Below are positions 10,017 to 19,621 of a DNA stretch of 64,000 nucleotides, in pieces. Under the pieces are notes generated by a model. That model was not told the DNA's origin, did no database searches, and was given only the letters and a program-made list of their open reading frames with translations. Each line of letters starts with the position of its first letter. Within the stretch, counting starts at the first letter, position 1. The stretch lies in NCBI GenBank assembly GCA_017398625.1, contig JAFQFP010000003.1:456-64455 (forward strand). Reading direction: 5' to 3'. A program made the translations under genes and the position numbers. This stretch comes from Oscillospiraceae bacterium. GTDB lineage: Bacteria > Bacillota > Clostridia > Oscillospirales > Oscillospiraceae.

Positions 10017-10931
10017 ATGCGTGTTGTGTTCATGGGTACACCGGATATCGCGGCTACCTGTCTGGACAGGATCATAGAGGACGGCTTTGAGGTGGTGGGT
10101 GTTTACACCCAGCCCGACCGTCCCAAAAACCGGGGCATGAAGCTTGCCTTTTCTCCTGTAAAGGAGCGGGCGCTGCGTGCCGGGATCCCGGTGTTTCAGC
10201 CGGAAAATTTCCGTGAGGACGCCGATGTGGAGCAGCTTCGCGCCCTGCAGCCCGATGTGGTCGCTGTGGTGGCGTACGGCAGGATCCTGCCCCAACGGGT
10301 GCTGGATATTGCCCCCGGCGGCTTCGTCAACATCCATGCCAGCCTGCTGCCTGCCTACCGGGGCTCTGCTCCTTACCAGTGGGCGGTGCTGGACGGCTTG
10401 CAGGAGACCGGCGTGACCGCCATGTACCTGTGCCGGGAAATGGATGCCGGCGACATCATCGATGCGGAAAAGACTCCCATCGGAGAAAATGAGACCGCAG
10501 GGGAGCTGCTGGATAAGCTGGCGGTGCTGGGGGCGGGACTTTTGAGCCGTACCCTGAGCCGCATCCGCGGCGGAGAGGTGGAACGCACGCCGCAGGACGG
10601 CAGCCTTGCCACCTATGCCCCCATGCTGGATAAGACCATGTGCCCCATCGATTGGAGCAAAACCGCCCGGCAGGTCCATGACCATGTCCGGGGTCTGCAC
10701 CCGTGGCCTGTGGCGACCATGGAGCTGGGTGGGAAGAAATTCAAGGTACACCAGACCGCCGTCGTCCCCGGTAAGGACGGCGCAGCACCGGGCACGGTGC
10801 TGGAGCTGACCAAGACCGGCTTAAAGATCGCCTGCGGCACCGGCGCGGTGGAGATCCGCCAGCTTCAAGCAGAGGGCGGTAAGCGCATGGCTGCGCCGGA
10901 TTATTTCCGGGGTCACCCGCTGGAGCTGTGA
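10017..10931 (+). CDS. fmt: Methionyl-tRNA formyltransferase
   Basis: FMGTPD, TQPDRP, NIHASLLP.YRG.AP, MDAGD. Confidence 0.97.
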   Translation: MRVVFMGTPDIAATCLDRIIEDGFEVVGVYTQPDRPKNRGMKLAFSPVKERALRAGIPVFQPENFREDADVEQLRALQPDVVAVVAYGRILPQRVLDIAPGGFVNIHASLLPAYRGSAPYQWAVLDGLQETGVTAMYLCREMDAGDIIDAEKTPIGENETAGELLDKLAVLGAGLLSRTLSRIRGGEVERTPQDGSLATYAPMLDKTMCPIDWSKTARQVHDHVRGLHPWPVATMELGGKKFKVHQTAVVPGKDGAAPGTVLELTKTGLKIACGTGAVEIRQLQAEGGKRMAAPDYFRGHPLEL

Positions 10932-10932
10932 T

Positions 10933-12246
10933 ATGGGCGCACGGGAAACGGCGCTGAACGCCTTGATCGCCTGCCGCAAGCAGGGAGCTTGGTCTAACGG
11001 CGTGCTGAAGGACTATATTGTAAGGGACGGCTTAGACCGCCGGGAGGCGGCACTTGCTACTCGGCTGAGCTACGGTGTGCTGCAGAACCGGCTCTTGCTG
11101 GATTTTTACCTGCAGCAGCTTCTCACCGAAAAAAACAGCAAGCTGCACCCGCTGGTGCGGGACATTCTGCATCTGGGGCTGTACCAGCTTTGCTGTATGG
11201 ATAAGATCCCCGAATCCGCCGCCGTCAACGAATCCGTGGCGCTGGCGAAGAAGTACTGCCGCAAGCAGACCTACGCCCCCGGTCTGGTGAACGCGGTGCT
11301 GCGCAGCGGCGCGAAAAAACGCTCTGCTCTGGCAGAGCCTGAGGAATTGTCTGACCGCTACAGCCATCCCAAGCCCCTGCTTTCCCTGCTGGAAAGCTAT
11401 GTGGGCAGCGAAAGGTTGGAAAATATGCTCCGTGCCAACAACGAAGCCCCTGCCACCGTGGTGCAGGTCAACACCCTGCGTACCACTTCGCAGGAGCTGC
11501 AGCAGCGTTTGGAAGCCGAGGGGATCGGCGCAGAGCCTCACCGCTGGATGGAAAACTGTCTGGTGCTGGGCAGCACCGGCAATCTGGAGCAGCTTGGCAG
11601 CTTCCGGGAGGGGCTGTTCTATGTGCAGGATCCTGCGGCGAAGCTCAGCGTGCTTTGCGCCGGGCTGAAAAAGGGAATGCAGGTACTGGATTGCTGCGCT
11701 GCTCCCGGGGGCAAAAGCTTTGCCGCTGCCATGGCAATGGGCGGCGAAGGAAGCATCCGCTCCTGCGATATCCACAGCCACAAGACCGCCTTGATCCAAA
11801 AGGGCGCCCAGCGGCTGGGTATTGGATGCATTACCGTGCACCAGCAGGACGGAGCGGCCTTTGTGGAGGAATGGAAGCAGACCATGGACGCGGTGATCGC
11901 CGATGTGCCCTGCTCCGGCTACGGCATCATCCGCAAAAAGCCGGATATCCGCTATAAGGATCCCGATACCATGAAGGAGCTGCCTGCCCTGCAGCTGCAG
12001 ATCCTTTCCAATCAAGCCCGGTATGTCAAGCCCGGCGGCGTGCTGCTGTATTCCACCTGCACCCTGGTGCGCCGGGAGAACGAGGGCGTTGTTGAGAAAT
12101 TTTTGAAAAATAACCCGGATTTTTACCCGGAAAAGCTGGAATTACCCTCCGTTTTTCCAAAAAATGAAACAGGCATGCTGACGCTTGTGCCGGGTGAATA
12201 TGACACAGACGGCTTCTTCATCTGCCGTCTGCGGAGGAAGGCATGA
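10933..12246 (+). CDS. rsmB: 16S rRNA m5C967 methyltransferase RsmB
   Basis: NusB-like N-terminus, DCCAAPGGKS, DVPCSG.G, YSTCT, DGFF. Confidence 0.95.
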   Translation: MGARETALNALIACRKQGAWSNGVLKDYIVRDGLDRREAALATRLSYGVLQNRLLLDFYLQQLLTEKNSKLHPLVRDILHLGLYQLCCMDKIPESAAVNESVALAKKYCRKQTYAPGLVNAVLRSGAKKRSALAEPEELSDRYSHPKPLLSLLESYVGSERLENMLRANNEAPATVVQVNTLRTTSQELQQRLEAEGIGAEPHRWMENCLVLGSTGNLEQLGSFREGLFYVQDPAAKLSVLCAGLKKGMQVLDCCAAPGGKSFAAAMAMGGEGSIRSCDIHSHKTALIQKGAQRLGIGCITVHQQDGAAFVEEWKQTMDAVIADVPCSGYGIIRKKPDIRYKDPDTMKELPALQLQILSNQARYVKPGGVLLYSTCTLVRRENEGVVEKFLKNNPDFYPEKLELPSVFPKNETGMLTLVPGEYDTDGFFICRLRRKA

Positions 12247-13277
12247 AAAAGCATTTGAAGTCCATGACCCAGCAGGAGATCGGCGCCGTTCTGAAGGAGC
12301 TGGGGCAGCCTGCCTTTCGGGCAAAGCAGCTTTTTGCTTGGCTCCATAAGGGTGTTCGCAGCTATGGGGAAATGACCAACCTGCCCCTGTCACTGCGGCA
12401 GGTCTTGGAGCAGGAATACCCCATCTGTCCGCCGGAGGTGGTGCGTAAGCAGGAATCCCAAAAGGACGGCACCATCAAGTATCTGTGGCGGCTGTCCGAC
12501 GGCAACTGCGTGGAAACAGTGCTGATGCGCTACCATTACGGCAATACCGTCTGCATTTCCACCGAGGTGGGCTGTGCTATGGGCTGCGCCTTCTGCGCTT
12601 CCACATTGGGCGGTCTGGTGCGGCGGCTTGAGCCCTACGAAATGCTGGATCAGGTGCTGTTTACCCAAGTGGATTCCGGTCTGCCGGTATCTCATATCGT
12701 GCTGATGGGCATTGGCGAGCCATTGGATAACTATGACAATGTGCTGCGGTTTCTGGAGCTGGTGAACAGCCCGGAGGGAATGAACATTTCCATGCGGCAT
12801 ATCAGTCTGTCCACCTGCGGCCTTGTGCCGAAGATCGACGCGCTGGCGGAAAAGAAGCTGCAGCTTACCCTTTCCGTGTCCCTCCATGCTCCCAGCGATG
12901 CCACCCGCAGCCGAATCATGCCTGTGAACAAGGCATACCCGGTGGAGCAGCTTCTGGCTGCCTGCCGCCGGTATTATGAAAAGACAAGCCGGCGTATCTC
13001 CTTTGAATACGCCATGATCGATGGGGTCAACGATTCCGAGGCAGATGCCAAGCTGCTGCTGAAGCAGCTCAAGGGGCTAAGCGCCCATGTGAATCTGATC
13101 CCGCTGAACCATGTGGAGGAAAGTCCCTTGAAGCCCAGCACCAAGGCTGCGGTCGCCCGTTTCCAGAAGCTTCTGGAGGACGGCGGTGTCAGCGCCACGG
13201 TGCGTAGGACCTTAGGCGGCGATATCGACGCCTCCTGCGGTCAGTTAAGACGCAAATATACCAAAAATCAAGCCTGA
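12243..13277 (+). CDS. rlmN: Radical SAM RNA methyltransferase RlmN
   Basis: GCAMGCAFC, MGIGEP, SLHAP, DIDASCGQL. Confidence 0.95.
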   Translation: MKKHLKSMTQQEIGAVLKELGQPAFRAKQLFAWLHKGVRSYGEMTNLPLSLRQVLEQEYPICPPEVVRKQESQKDGTIKYLWRLSDGNCVETVLMRYHYGNTVCISTEVGCAMGCAFCASTLGGLVRRLEPYEMLDQVLFTQVDSGLPVSHIVLMGIGEPLDNYDNVLRFLELVNSPEGMNISMRHISLSTCGLVPKIDALAEKKLQLTLSVSLHAPSDATRSRIMPVNKAYPVEQLLAACRRYYEKTSRRISFEYAMIDGVNDSEADAKLLLKQLKGLSAHVNLIPLNHVEESPLKPSTKAAVARFQKLLEDGGVSATVRRTLGGDIDASCGQLRRKYTKNQA

Positions 13278-13298
13278 TACGAAAGGGGAGACCGCCTT

Positions 13299-14030
13299 AT
13301 GCAAAGCTGGGGTCTGACAGATCCGGGCTGCGTTCGTCCGCAGAACCAGGATGCCTACAAAATGGAATATCTGGACCGAAACACACTGCTGTGCGTAGTG
13401 TGCGACGGAATGGGCGGTGCCAAATCCGGCAACATTGCCAGTAAGCTGGCGGTGGATGTGTTCGTGGAGGAGATCAAGCAAACTTGGAAAAGCGGCATGG
13501 ACAGGGAAAAGACTGACCAGATGCTTTACGGGGCTGTGAAGCTGGCGAATTTCACCGTTTTTGATCAGGCGCAGCAGTTTGAGGAATTCTACGGCATGGG
13601 CACCACGCTGGTTGCAGTGCTGCTCAGCGGTAAGGATGCCACCTTAGTGAATGTGGGCGACAGCCGAGCCTACCGGGTGGACCGGGAGGGCATCCGACAG
13701 CTTACCACCGACCATTCTCTGGTGCAGATGATGGTGCAGCGGGGTGAGCTGACCCCGGAACGGGCAAAGACCTACCCGGGAAAAAACCTCATCACCCGTG
13801 CCATCGGCACAGAGCCGGTGGTGGAATGTGACCTGTTCCGCTGCAAGCTGGAACGGGGGGACTGCCTGCTGCTTTGCAGCGACGGCTTGTCCAACCTGCT
13901 GGATGAGCAGGAGATCCTGTTTGAAGTTGTACACGGTGTCAATATGGAAAGCTGCTGCCAGCGCCTGCTGGACATAGCCAAGGACCGTGGCGCGCCGGAT
14001 AATGTGACCAGTGTTCTGGTACAGGTTTGA
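13299..14030 (+). CDS. prpC: PP2C-type Ser/Thr phosphatase (PrpC/Stp1)
   Basis: R..NQD, CDGMGG, GMGTT, VGDSR, CSDGL, DNVT. Confidence 0.93.
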   Translation: MQSWGLTDPGCVRPQNQDAYKMEYLDRNTLLCVVCDGMGGAKSGNIASKLAVDVFVEEIKQTWKSGMDREKTDQMLYGAVKLANFTVFDQAQQFEEFYGMGTTLVAVLLSGKDATLVNVGDSRAYRVDREGIRQLTTDHSLVQMMVQRGELTPERAKTYPGKNLITRAIGTEPVVECDLFRCKLERGDCLLLCSDGLSNLLDEQEILFEVVHGVNMESCCQRLLDIAKDRGAPDNVTSVLVQV

Positions 14031-14056
14031 TCCCGGCTGCGAAAGGAGACGCGTTT

Positions 14057-16429
14057 ATGGATAGCGATAAGTATATTGGCCGCCTGCTGGATAACCGTTA
14101 TGAGATCCAAGAGCTCATCGGTATCGGCGGCATGGCCGTTGTATATAAAGCACGGTGCCACCGGCTGAACCGGCTGGTCGCCATTAAAATATTGAAGGAC
14201 GATTACTCTCAGGATGAGGATTTCCGCCGCCGCTTCCATGCGGAAAGTCAGGCGGTCGCCATGCTGAGCCATCCCAATATCGTTTCGGTGTATGATGTTT
14301 CCACCACCTCCGCGGCGGATTATATCGTCATGGAGCTGATCGACGGTATCAGTCTGAAGCAGTACATGGAGAAAAAGGGTGTCCTCAACTGGAAGGAAAC
14401 GCTGCACTTTGCTATGCAGATCGGCAAGGCGCTGGAGCACGCCCATTCCCGCGGCATCGTTCACCGGGATATCAAGCCCCACAATGTGATGGTGCTGAAA
14501 AACGGCTCCGTGAAGGTGACGGACTTCGGTATCGCCCGGGTGATGTCCAAGGGCAATACCTTGACCAAGGAAGCGCTGGGCTCTGTGCATTACATTTCCC
14601 CGGAGCAGGCCAAGGGCGGCAGAGTGGATGACCGCTCCGACATCTATTCTCTGGGCGTGGTCATGTACGAAATGATGACCGGGCGGCCTCCCTATGACGG
14701 AGAATCCCCGGTGGCGGTGGCGATCCAGCATATCAACGGCGGCGCTGCCATGCCCTCTACCCTCAATCCCAATATACCCGGCGGCTTAGAGCAGATCATG
14801 ATGAAGTGTATGGCACATGACCCTGCCAACCGCTATGATACTGCCACCGCCATGCTCTATGACATGGATGAGTTCCGCAAGAACCCTGCCATTTTGTTCC
14901 CCTATGTACTTCCGGCAGCGGGAGCGGCAGGGCTCACCGGTGAAAAGACCGGGGCAGGGCAATCCCCCACCACCATGACCATGGCGGAAGCGGCGGCGGC
15001 AGCCAGCCGTGCGAAGCAGGCAGCCCGTACTACCGGCAGCGTTCCCCGAAGCACCGGAAAGACCGGTACCGGAAGAACCGGCACGGGAAGAATCGGCACG
15101 GGAAGGACCGGCACAGGTGCCATCGGCATGGGCGGGGCAGCCGCCCGCGGCGCAGAGGCAAGGCGCAACGCCTCCAGCGCCCGCAGACGGCGTGAGCAGG
15201 AGGAAAAGCAGAACCGGATCGCCACCTTTGCCATTATCGGTGTGTCCGTCGTTGCCATTATCGTGATCATTCTGTTCTTCATCGCCCTGTTTGGAAACGG
15301 CGGGGAGGACACCACCAAATATGTCTATGTTCCCACCTACATCGGCAAGTATTATGACACCCTGCCCCAGACCGACGGGATCATTATTAAAGAAGGCATC
15401 GCCGAGCATAGCGAGGAATACGAAAAGGGCTATGTCATCAACCAGAATCCCAAACCCGGTGAACGGGTAGCGGAGGGCACCGAGGTGGTGCTTACGGTCA
15501 GCTTGGGCGCAGAGCCTGCGGACAAGACCATGACGGATCTGGCGGATGTGGAGCAGACCAATGCCGTAAACTATCTGACAGGACAGGGCTTCTACCATCT
15601 GATCCGGGAGATCAACAGCGAGGAGATCCCGGCAGGCAGAGTGGTGTATACCGAGCCCGCCGCGGGAGAGCCGCTGAAGGATGGGCAGACCGTGGTGCTG
15701 TGGGTCAGCTTGGGACCGGAGATCAAGACCGGCACCATGCCCAATGTGGTGAAGCAGGATGTGGAGAAGGCAAAGCAGATCCTGTACAGCCAAGAGCTGG
15801 ATATTCAGATCGTTCTGGAGGAGGAATCCAGCGAGACCGTCGCCGAGAATAAGATCATTCGCAGCGATCCGGAGGCAGGCAGCGAGCTGATCGGCGGACA
15901 GACTGTAACATTGTGGGTCAGCACCGGTCCTGTAAAGGCAAAAATGCCCAATGTGATCGGCGAGGATATCAATGTGGCGCTGCGTCTGCTGAATTACGCA
16001 GGCTTCAACAATGTGGTCTATGACGAATATGTGGAGAGTGACCGTCCCCAGAATGAGATCGTTTACCAGTCTGTGGATGCGGACACGGAGATCCCCCTGT
16101 CCACCCAGATCACCTTGAAGCTTTCCCTCGGTCCCACCACCCAGCCGCCTACCAGCGAGCCGACCACGGAGCCGACCACCGAACCCACCACCGAGCCCAC
16201 CGTGCCCCAGATCGTGGAAAAACCGGTGACCTTCAGCATTGTAGGCGTGGAAATGACCCAAAACTATACCATGCAGATCTTCTGCGACGGCGAGCTGCTC
16301 TACAGCATCCCCATGGAGGCTGGGCAGACCTCCGTTTCCAGAACGGTCAGCGGCTACGGAAAGCAGGTCTATGAGATCTGCATAGACGAGGTTTATAACA
16401 ACGAGATCGAGGTGGACTTCACAGCTTGA
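14057..16429 (+). CDS. prkC: PASTA-domain Ser/Thr protein kinase (PrkC/Stk1)
   Basis: IG.GGMA.VY, VAIK, HRDIKPHN, DFG, SPEQA, one TM helix, about four PASTA repeats; AAGGAG RBS before ATG 14057. Confidence 0.95.
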   Translation: MDSDKYIGRLLDNRYEIQELIGIGGMAVVYKARCHRLNRLVAIKILKDDYSQDEDFRRRFHAESQAVAMLSHPNIVSVYDVSTTSAADYIVMELIDGISLKQYMEKKGVLNWKETLHFAMQIGKALEHAHSRGIVHRDIKPHNVMVLKNGSVKVTDFGIARVMSKGNTLTKEALGSVHYISPEQAKGGRVDDRSDIYSLGVVMYEMMTGRPPYDGESPVAVAIQHINGGAAMPSTLNPNIPGGLEQIMMKCMAHDPANRYDTATAMLYDMDEFRKNPAILFPYVLPAAGAAGLTGEKTGAGQSPTTMTMAEAAAAASRAKQAARTTGSVPRSTGKTGTGRTGTGRIGTGRTGTGAIGMGGAAARGAEARRNASSARRRREQEEKQNRIATFAIIGVSVVAIIVIILFFIALFGNGGEDTTKYVYVPTYIGKYYDTLPQTDGIIIKEGIAEHSEEYEKGYVINQNPKPGERVAEGTEVVLTVSLGAEPADKTMTDLADVEQTNAVNYLTGQGFYHLIREINSEEIPAGRVVYTEPAAGEPLKDGQTVVLWVSLGPEIKTGTMPNVVKQDVEKAKQILYSQELDIQIVLEEESSETVAENKIIRSDPEAGSELIGGQTVTLWVSTGPVKAKMPNVIGEDINVALRLLNYAGFNNVVYDEYVESDRPQNEIVYQSVDADTEIPLSTQITLKLSLGPTTQPPTSEPTTEPTTEPTTEPTVPQIVEKPVTFSIVGVEMTQNYTMQIFCDGELLYSIPMEAGQTSVSRTVSGYGKQVYEICIDEVYNNEIEVDFTA
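15053..15118 (+). repeat. Degenerate 15-bp tandem repeat encoding (TG-R/K-TG)n in the PrkC juxtamembrane linker
   Basis: About four units like ACCGGCACGGGAAGA; protein TGKTGTGRTGTGRIGTGRTGTG. Confidence 0.75.
16157..16204 (+). repeat. 12-bp tandem repeat encoding EPTT x3 + EPTV in the PrkC ectodomain
   Basis: GAGCCGACCACG/GAGCCGACCACC/GAACCCACCACC/GAGCCCACCGTG. Confidence 0.8.
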
Positions 16430-17313
16430 TGGATAGACAAACAGGACGCATTGTCCGCTCCCTCAGCGGATTTTACGATGTGCAGACCCCCAAGGGGATC
16501 GTGACCTGCCGTGGGCGGGGCAGCCTGCGCCGCAGCGGGGACAGCCCGCTGACCGGCGACATGGTGGAGATCACCGTGGAGCGGGGAAAGGGCATGGTGG
16601 AAAAGATCCTGCCCCGGCGCAACAGCTTCGTCCGTCCGGCGGTAGCCAATATCGACGCGCTGGTGGTGTTTGCCGCCAACGCCAACCCGGTGACGGAGCC
16701 CTTCCTCATCGACCGGGTGGCTGCCATCGCCGGCGACCGGGAAGTCCCGGTGTATATCTGCGTCAACAAGCTCGATCTTGACCCGGCGGTGGATCTGATC
16801 CGGATCTATGAAAATGCCGGTTTTCCCGTGATCCGTGCCAGTGCGGAGACCGGAGAGGGGGTAGAGGAGCTGCGCAGCCTTTTGCAGGGCAAGCTCACCG
16901 CCTTTACCGGGAATTCCGGCGTGGGAAAAAGCTCTATGCTCAACTGCCTGTGTCCGGAGCTGGCGCTGCCCACCGGGGAAGTGTCGGAAAAGCTGGGTCG
17001 GGGCAGACATACCACCCGCCATGTGCAGCTTTACTGCTTGGGGGAGGATACCTTTGTGGCGGATACCCCCGGCTTTTCCTCCTTTGATACCGACCAGATG
17101 GAGGTCATCCTAAAGGAGAATCTGCAGTACGCCTTTCCTGATTTCGGGGCGTTTTTGGGAAGCTGTCAGTTTCACGATTGCACCCACCGGGCTGAGCCGG
17201 GGTGCGCCGTGCGGCAGGCGGTGGAGGCAGGAAGTCTGGAAAAGACCCGCTACGACAGCTATCTGCGGCTGTATGAAAAATCCAGCCAGATCAAGCAGTG
17301 GGAGATCAAATAA
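16429..17313 (+). CDS. rsgA: Ribosome small-subunit-dependent GTPase RsgA/CpgA
   Basis: NKLDL, GNSGVGKSS, GRHTTR, DTPGF, C-terminal CQFHDCTHRAEPGC zinc finger. Confidence 0.96.
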   Translation: MDRQTGRIVRSLSGFYDVQTPKGIVTCRGRGSLRRSGDSPLTGDMVEITVERGKGMVEKILPRRNSFVRPAVANIDALVVFAANANPVTEPFLIDRVAAIAGDREVPVYICVNKLDLDPAVDLIRIYENAGFPVIRASAETGEGVEELRSLLQGKLTAFTGNSGVGKSSMLNCLCPELALPTGEVSEKLGRGRHTTRHVQLYCLGEDTFVADTPGFSSFDTDQMEVILKENLQYAFPDFGAFLGSCQFHDCTHRAEPGCAVRQAVEAGSLEKTRYDSYLRLYEKSSQIKQWEIK

Positions 17314-17315
17314 CG

Positions 17316-17431
17316 AGGGGCTGTCTTACTAAGGGCAAAATGAACAACGGTGTCATTTTGAACCAGTGACCATAGTTGCTGGTTTGAAATGACGCCGTTT
17401 TTGCGTATTTGCTTTTCATAAGACAATCCCT
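17316..17431. repeat. About 116-bp imperfect palindrome (MITE-like, contains a terminator-like hairpin)
   Basis: Ends AGGGGCTGTCTTA / TAAGACAATCCCT; inner arms AACGGTGTCATTTTGAACCAG / CTGGTTTGAAATGACGCCGTT. Confidence 0.65.
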
Positions 17432-17505
17432 ATTACAGAGAATAATTTTATTGCAAAAAGCGGAGGGGGTATTGTATAATGAAGAAAAAACAGGAGGCGG
17501 CGACT

Positions 17506-18516
17506 ATGACAGAACAGTTCGGCACACTGCCCGGCGGTGAACAGGTGAAGCTTTATACCATTTCCAAGGGCGGCATCACCGCCAAGATCACCGACTACGG
17601 CGCTACGCTGGTAAGCCTGTGGGTACCCGATGCTAAGGGGGAAACGGCAGATGTGGTCTTAGGCTACGACAGCTATGAGGGCTACGAACAGGGAGATGCC
17701 TTTTTCGGCGCCACCGTGGGCAGAAATGCCAACCGCATCGGCGGCGCATCCTTTCTGCTGAATGGGCAGACCGTTACCGTTGCCGCCAACGAGAACGGCA
17801 ATAACCTCCACAGCGGCCCCGATTGCTACAATACCCGGTTGTGGAGGGTAGAGCGCCATGCTGAGAGCGGCATCACCCTCTGTTTGCACAGCCCCCATCT
17901 GGATCAGGGCTTCCCCGGCAACGCAGACATTCGGGTGACCTACACCGTGACGGAGAATGCGCTGACCGTCAGCTATGATGCTGTTTGCGACCGGGATACC
18001 GTGTTCAACATGACCAACCACAGCTATTTCAATCTGGCAGGGCAGGACAAGCAGCACCTTGCCATGGAGCAGACGCTGATGCTGAGTGCCCGGTTCTTCA
18101 ATCCCGACGATGCCGCCAATATCCCCACCGGAGAGCTGCGCCCGGTGGCGGGGACACCCATGGATTTTGGCAGCCCCAAGCCCTTGGGGCAGGATATCGG
18201 TGCCGACTATGAGCCGCTGAAGCTGCAGGGTGGCTACGACCACAATTTTGAGGTGTATACCAATCCCTGCGCGGTGCTTTGTGACCCCCATTCCGGGCGT
18301 ACCATGCAGGTGCATACCGATTGCCCCGGTATTCAGGTGTATACTGCCAATTTTACCGACGATATCGGCAAGGGCGGCATCCGTTACCGCCCCCGCTGTG
18401 CTGTGGCGCTGGAGACCCAGTTCTATCCCGATTCCGTGAATCACCCCGAATGGCGGCAGCCCTTTGTGAAGGCCGGGCAGCACTACCGCAGCACCACCGA
18501 ATACCGTTTCTTATAA
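17506..18516 (+). CDS. galM: Aldose 1-epimerase (galactose mutarotase)
   Basis: GRNANRI, LHSG, FPG, TNHSYFNL, GGYDHNF, LETQ; AGGAGG RBS before ATG 17506. Confidence 0.93.
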   Translation: MTEQFGTLPGGEQVKLYTISKGGITAKITDYGATLVSLWVPDAKGETADVVLGYDSYEGYEQGDAFFGATVGRNANRIGGASFLLNGQTVTVAANENGNNLHSGPDCYNTRLWRVERHAESGITLCLHSPHLDQGFPGNADIRVTYTVTENALTVSYDAVCDRDTVFNMTNHSYFNLAGQDKQHLAMEQTLMLSARFFNPDDAANIPTGELRPVAGTPMDFGSPKPLGQDIGADYEPLKLQGGYDHNFEVYTNPCAVLCDPHSGRTMQVHTDCPGIQVYTANFTDDIGKGGIRYRPRCAVALETQFYPDSVNHPEWRQPFVKAGQHYRSTTEYRFL

Positions 18517-18523
18517 GATATCC

Positions 18524-18552
18524 ATGACGCAGGCAGCAGCCTGCGTCATTTT
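18524..18552 (+). terminator. Intrinsic terminator after galM
   Basis: ATGACGCAGG-loop-CCTGCGTCAT followed by T run. Confidence 0.75.
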
Positions 18553-18557
18553 CTGCC

Positions 18558-18585
18558 GCACTTCTTTTCCGTGGGTGCATAAACT
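18558..18585 (+). promoter_or_regulatory. Candidate sigmaK/sigmaE (mother-cell) promoter
   Basis: GCAC-N16-CATAAACT. Confidence 0.5.
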
Positions 18586-18632
18586 GTCCTATAAGCGATC
18601 ATTGCTTAATTATGCGACAGGAGGTATTACCC

Positions 18633-19454
18633 ATGGCTGATCATTGCCAGGACGCCGTCCACTGCGACCGCTCGGACGCGCTCTCCATCCACACCCGTAA
18701 GATCACCGATAGCTGCCGGGATAAGGACTGCATCGAGGATCTGAGAGTATACCTCACCACCGGCTCCCAGACCCTGCTGGACAGCGCCGCCACCGCCAAG
18801 GTGCGCAGTGCCGAGCTGCTGTACACTTACATCGATGTGGAGCCCATCGCTTTTGACCGCAACCACTACTGCATCGATGTGACCTTCTATTACCGGGTGC
18901 TTGCCGATGCGGTGGTGGGCTGTGCCAGACCTGCCACGCTGTACGGCTTGGCGGTATTTTCCAAGCGGGCGGTGCTCTGCGGCGAGGAGAGCAAGACCCA
19001 TATCTTTACCAGCGATACCCGTTTGAACGCTTCGGACGGTCAGACCCGCTACGCCGCCAACCTGCCCACTGCCGTGGTGGAGGTGCTGGATCCCATGGTG
19101 CTGAGCTCCAAGGTCAAGGATGTATGCGAGTGCACCTGCGGGGAATCAATGGCGCAGATCCCCGGCTATATCTGCAGCCTGTTTGACGAGGAGCTGGTGC
19201 TTTCCGGTGACCGCCGCCGTCTGTTTGTGACGCTGGGGCAGTTTTCCATCATCCGTTTGGAGCGGGATGCCCAGCTTGTTGTCCCTGTGCTGGATTACAG
19301 CATCCCCACCAAGGAGTGCTGCGACAATCCCGGCGGCAGCGTGGAGGATCCCTGCGAAATGTTTTCCCGGATCCCCTTCCCGGAGAAGCAGTTTGCCCCC
19401 CGTGGCTGCGATGGGGAGCAGACCGACAGCTGCGGCTGCTACAAGACTACATGA
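18633..19454 (+). CDS. Cysteine-rich protein resembling clostridial exosporium proteins CsxA/CdeC
   Basis: SIHTRKITDSCRDKDC and TLGQFSIIRLERDAQLVVP..DY..P..EC...DPC..F motifs recall CsxA (from memory); AGGAGG RBS. Confidence 0.6.
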   Translation: MADHCQDAVHCDRSDALSIHTRKITDSCRDKDCIEDLRVYLTTGSQTLLDSAATAKVRSAELLYTYIDVEPIAFDRNHYCIDVTFYYRVLADAVVGCARPATLYGLAVFSKRAVLCGEESKTHIFTSDTRLNASDGQTRYAANLPTAVVEVLDPMVLSSKVKDVCECTCGESMAQIPGYICSLFDEELVLSGDRRRLFVTLGQFSIIRLERDAQLVVPVLDYSIPTKECCDNPGGSVEDPCEMFSRIPFPEKQFAPRGCDGEQTDSCGCYKTT

Positions 19455-19461
19455 TGAATGG

Positions 19462-19489
19462 GCTGCTCTGCGTCTGCAGGGCAGCTTTT
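19462..19489 (+). terminator. Intrinsic terminator
   Basis: GCTGCTCTGC-GTCT-GCAGGGCAGC-TTTT. Confidence 0.7.
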
Positions 19490-19621
19490 CATAAAAAATT
19501 TGCACTCTATAAAAAAACAGTTCAAAAAATCCGCCAGTTTTGATATAGTATTATACGAGAAGCTCAAATGGGTCAGGCAGCCGCTGCAAGGCGGTGAAGA
19601 TCGCTTACTAGGAGGAGAAAT

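Noticed and set aside
19556-19621. Structured leader (CCGCTGCAAGGCGG) before the lipoprotein gene
   Set aside because: Only a short hairpin, with no match to a riboswitch class I can recognise.
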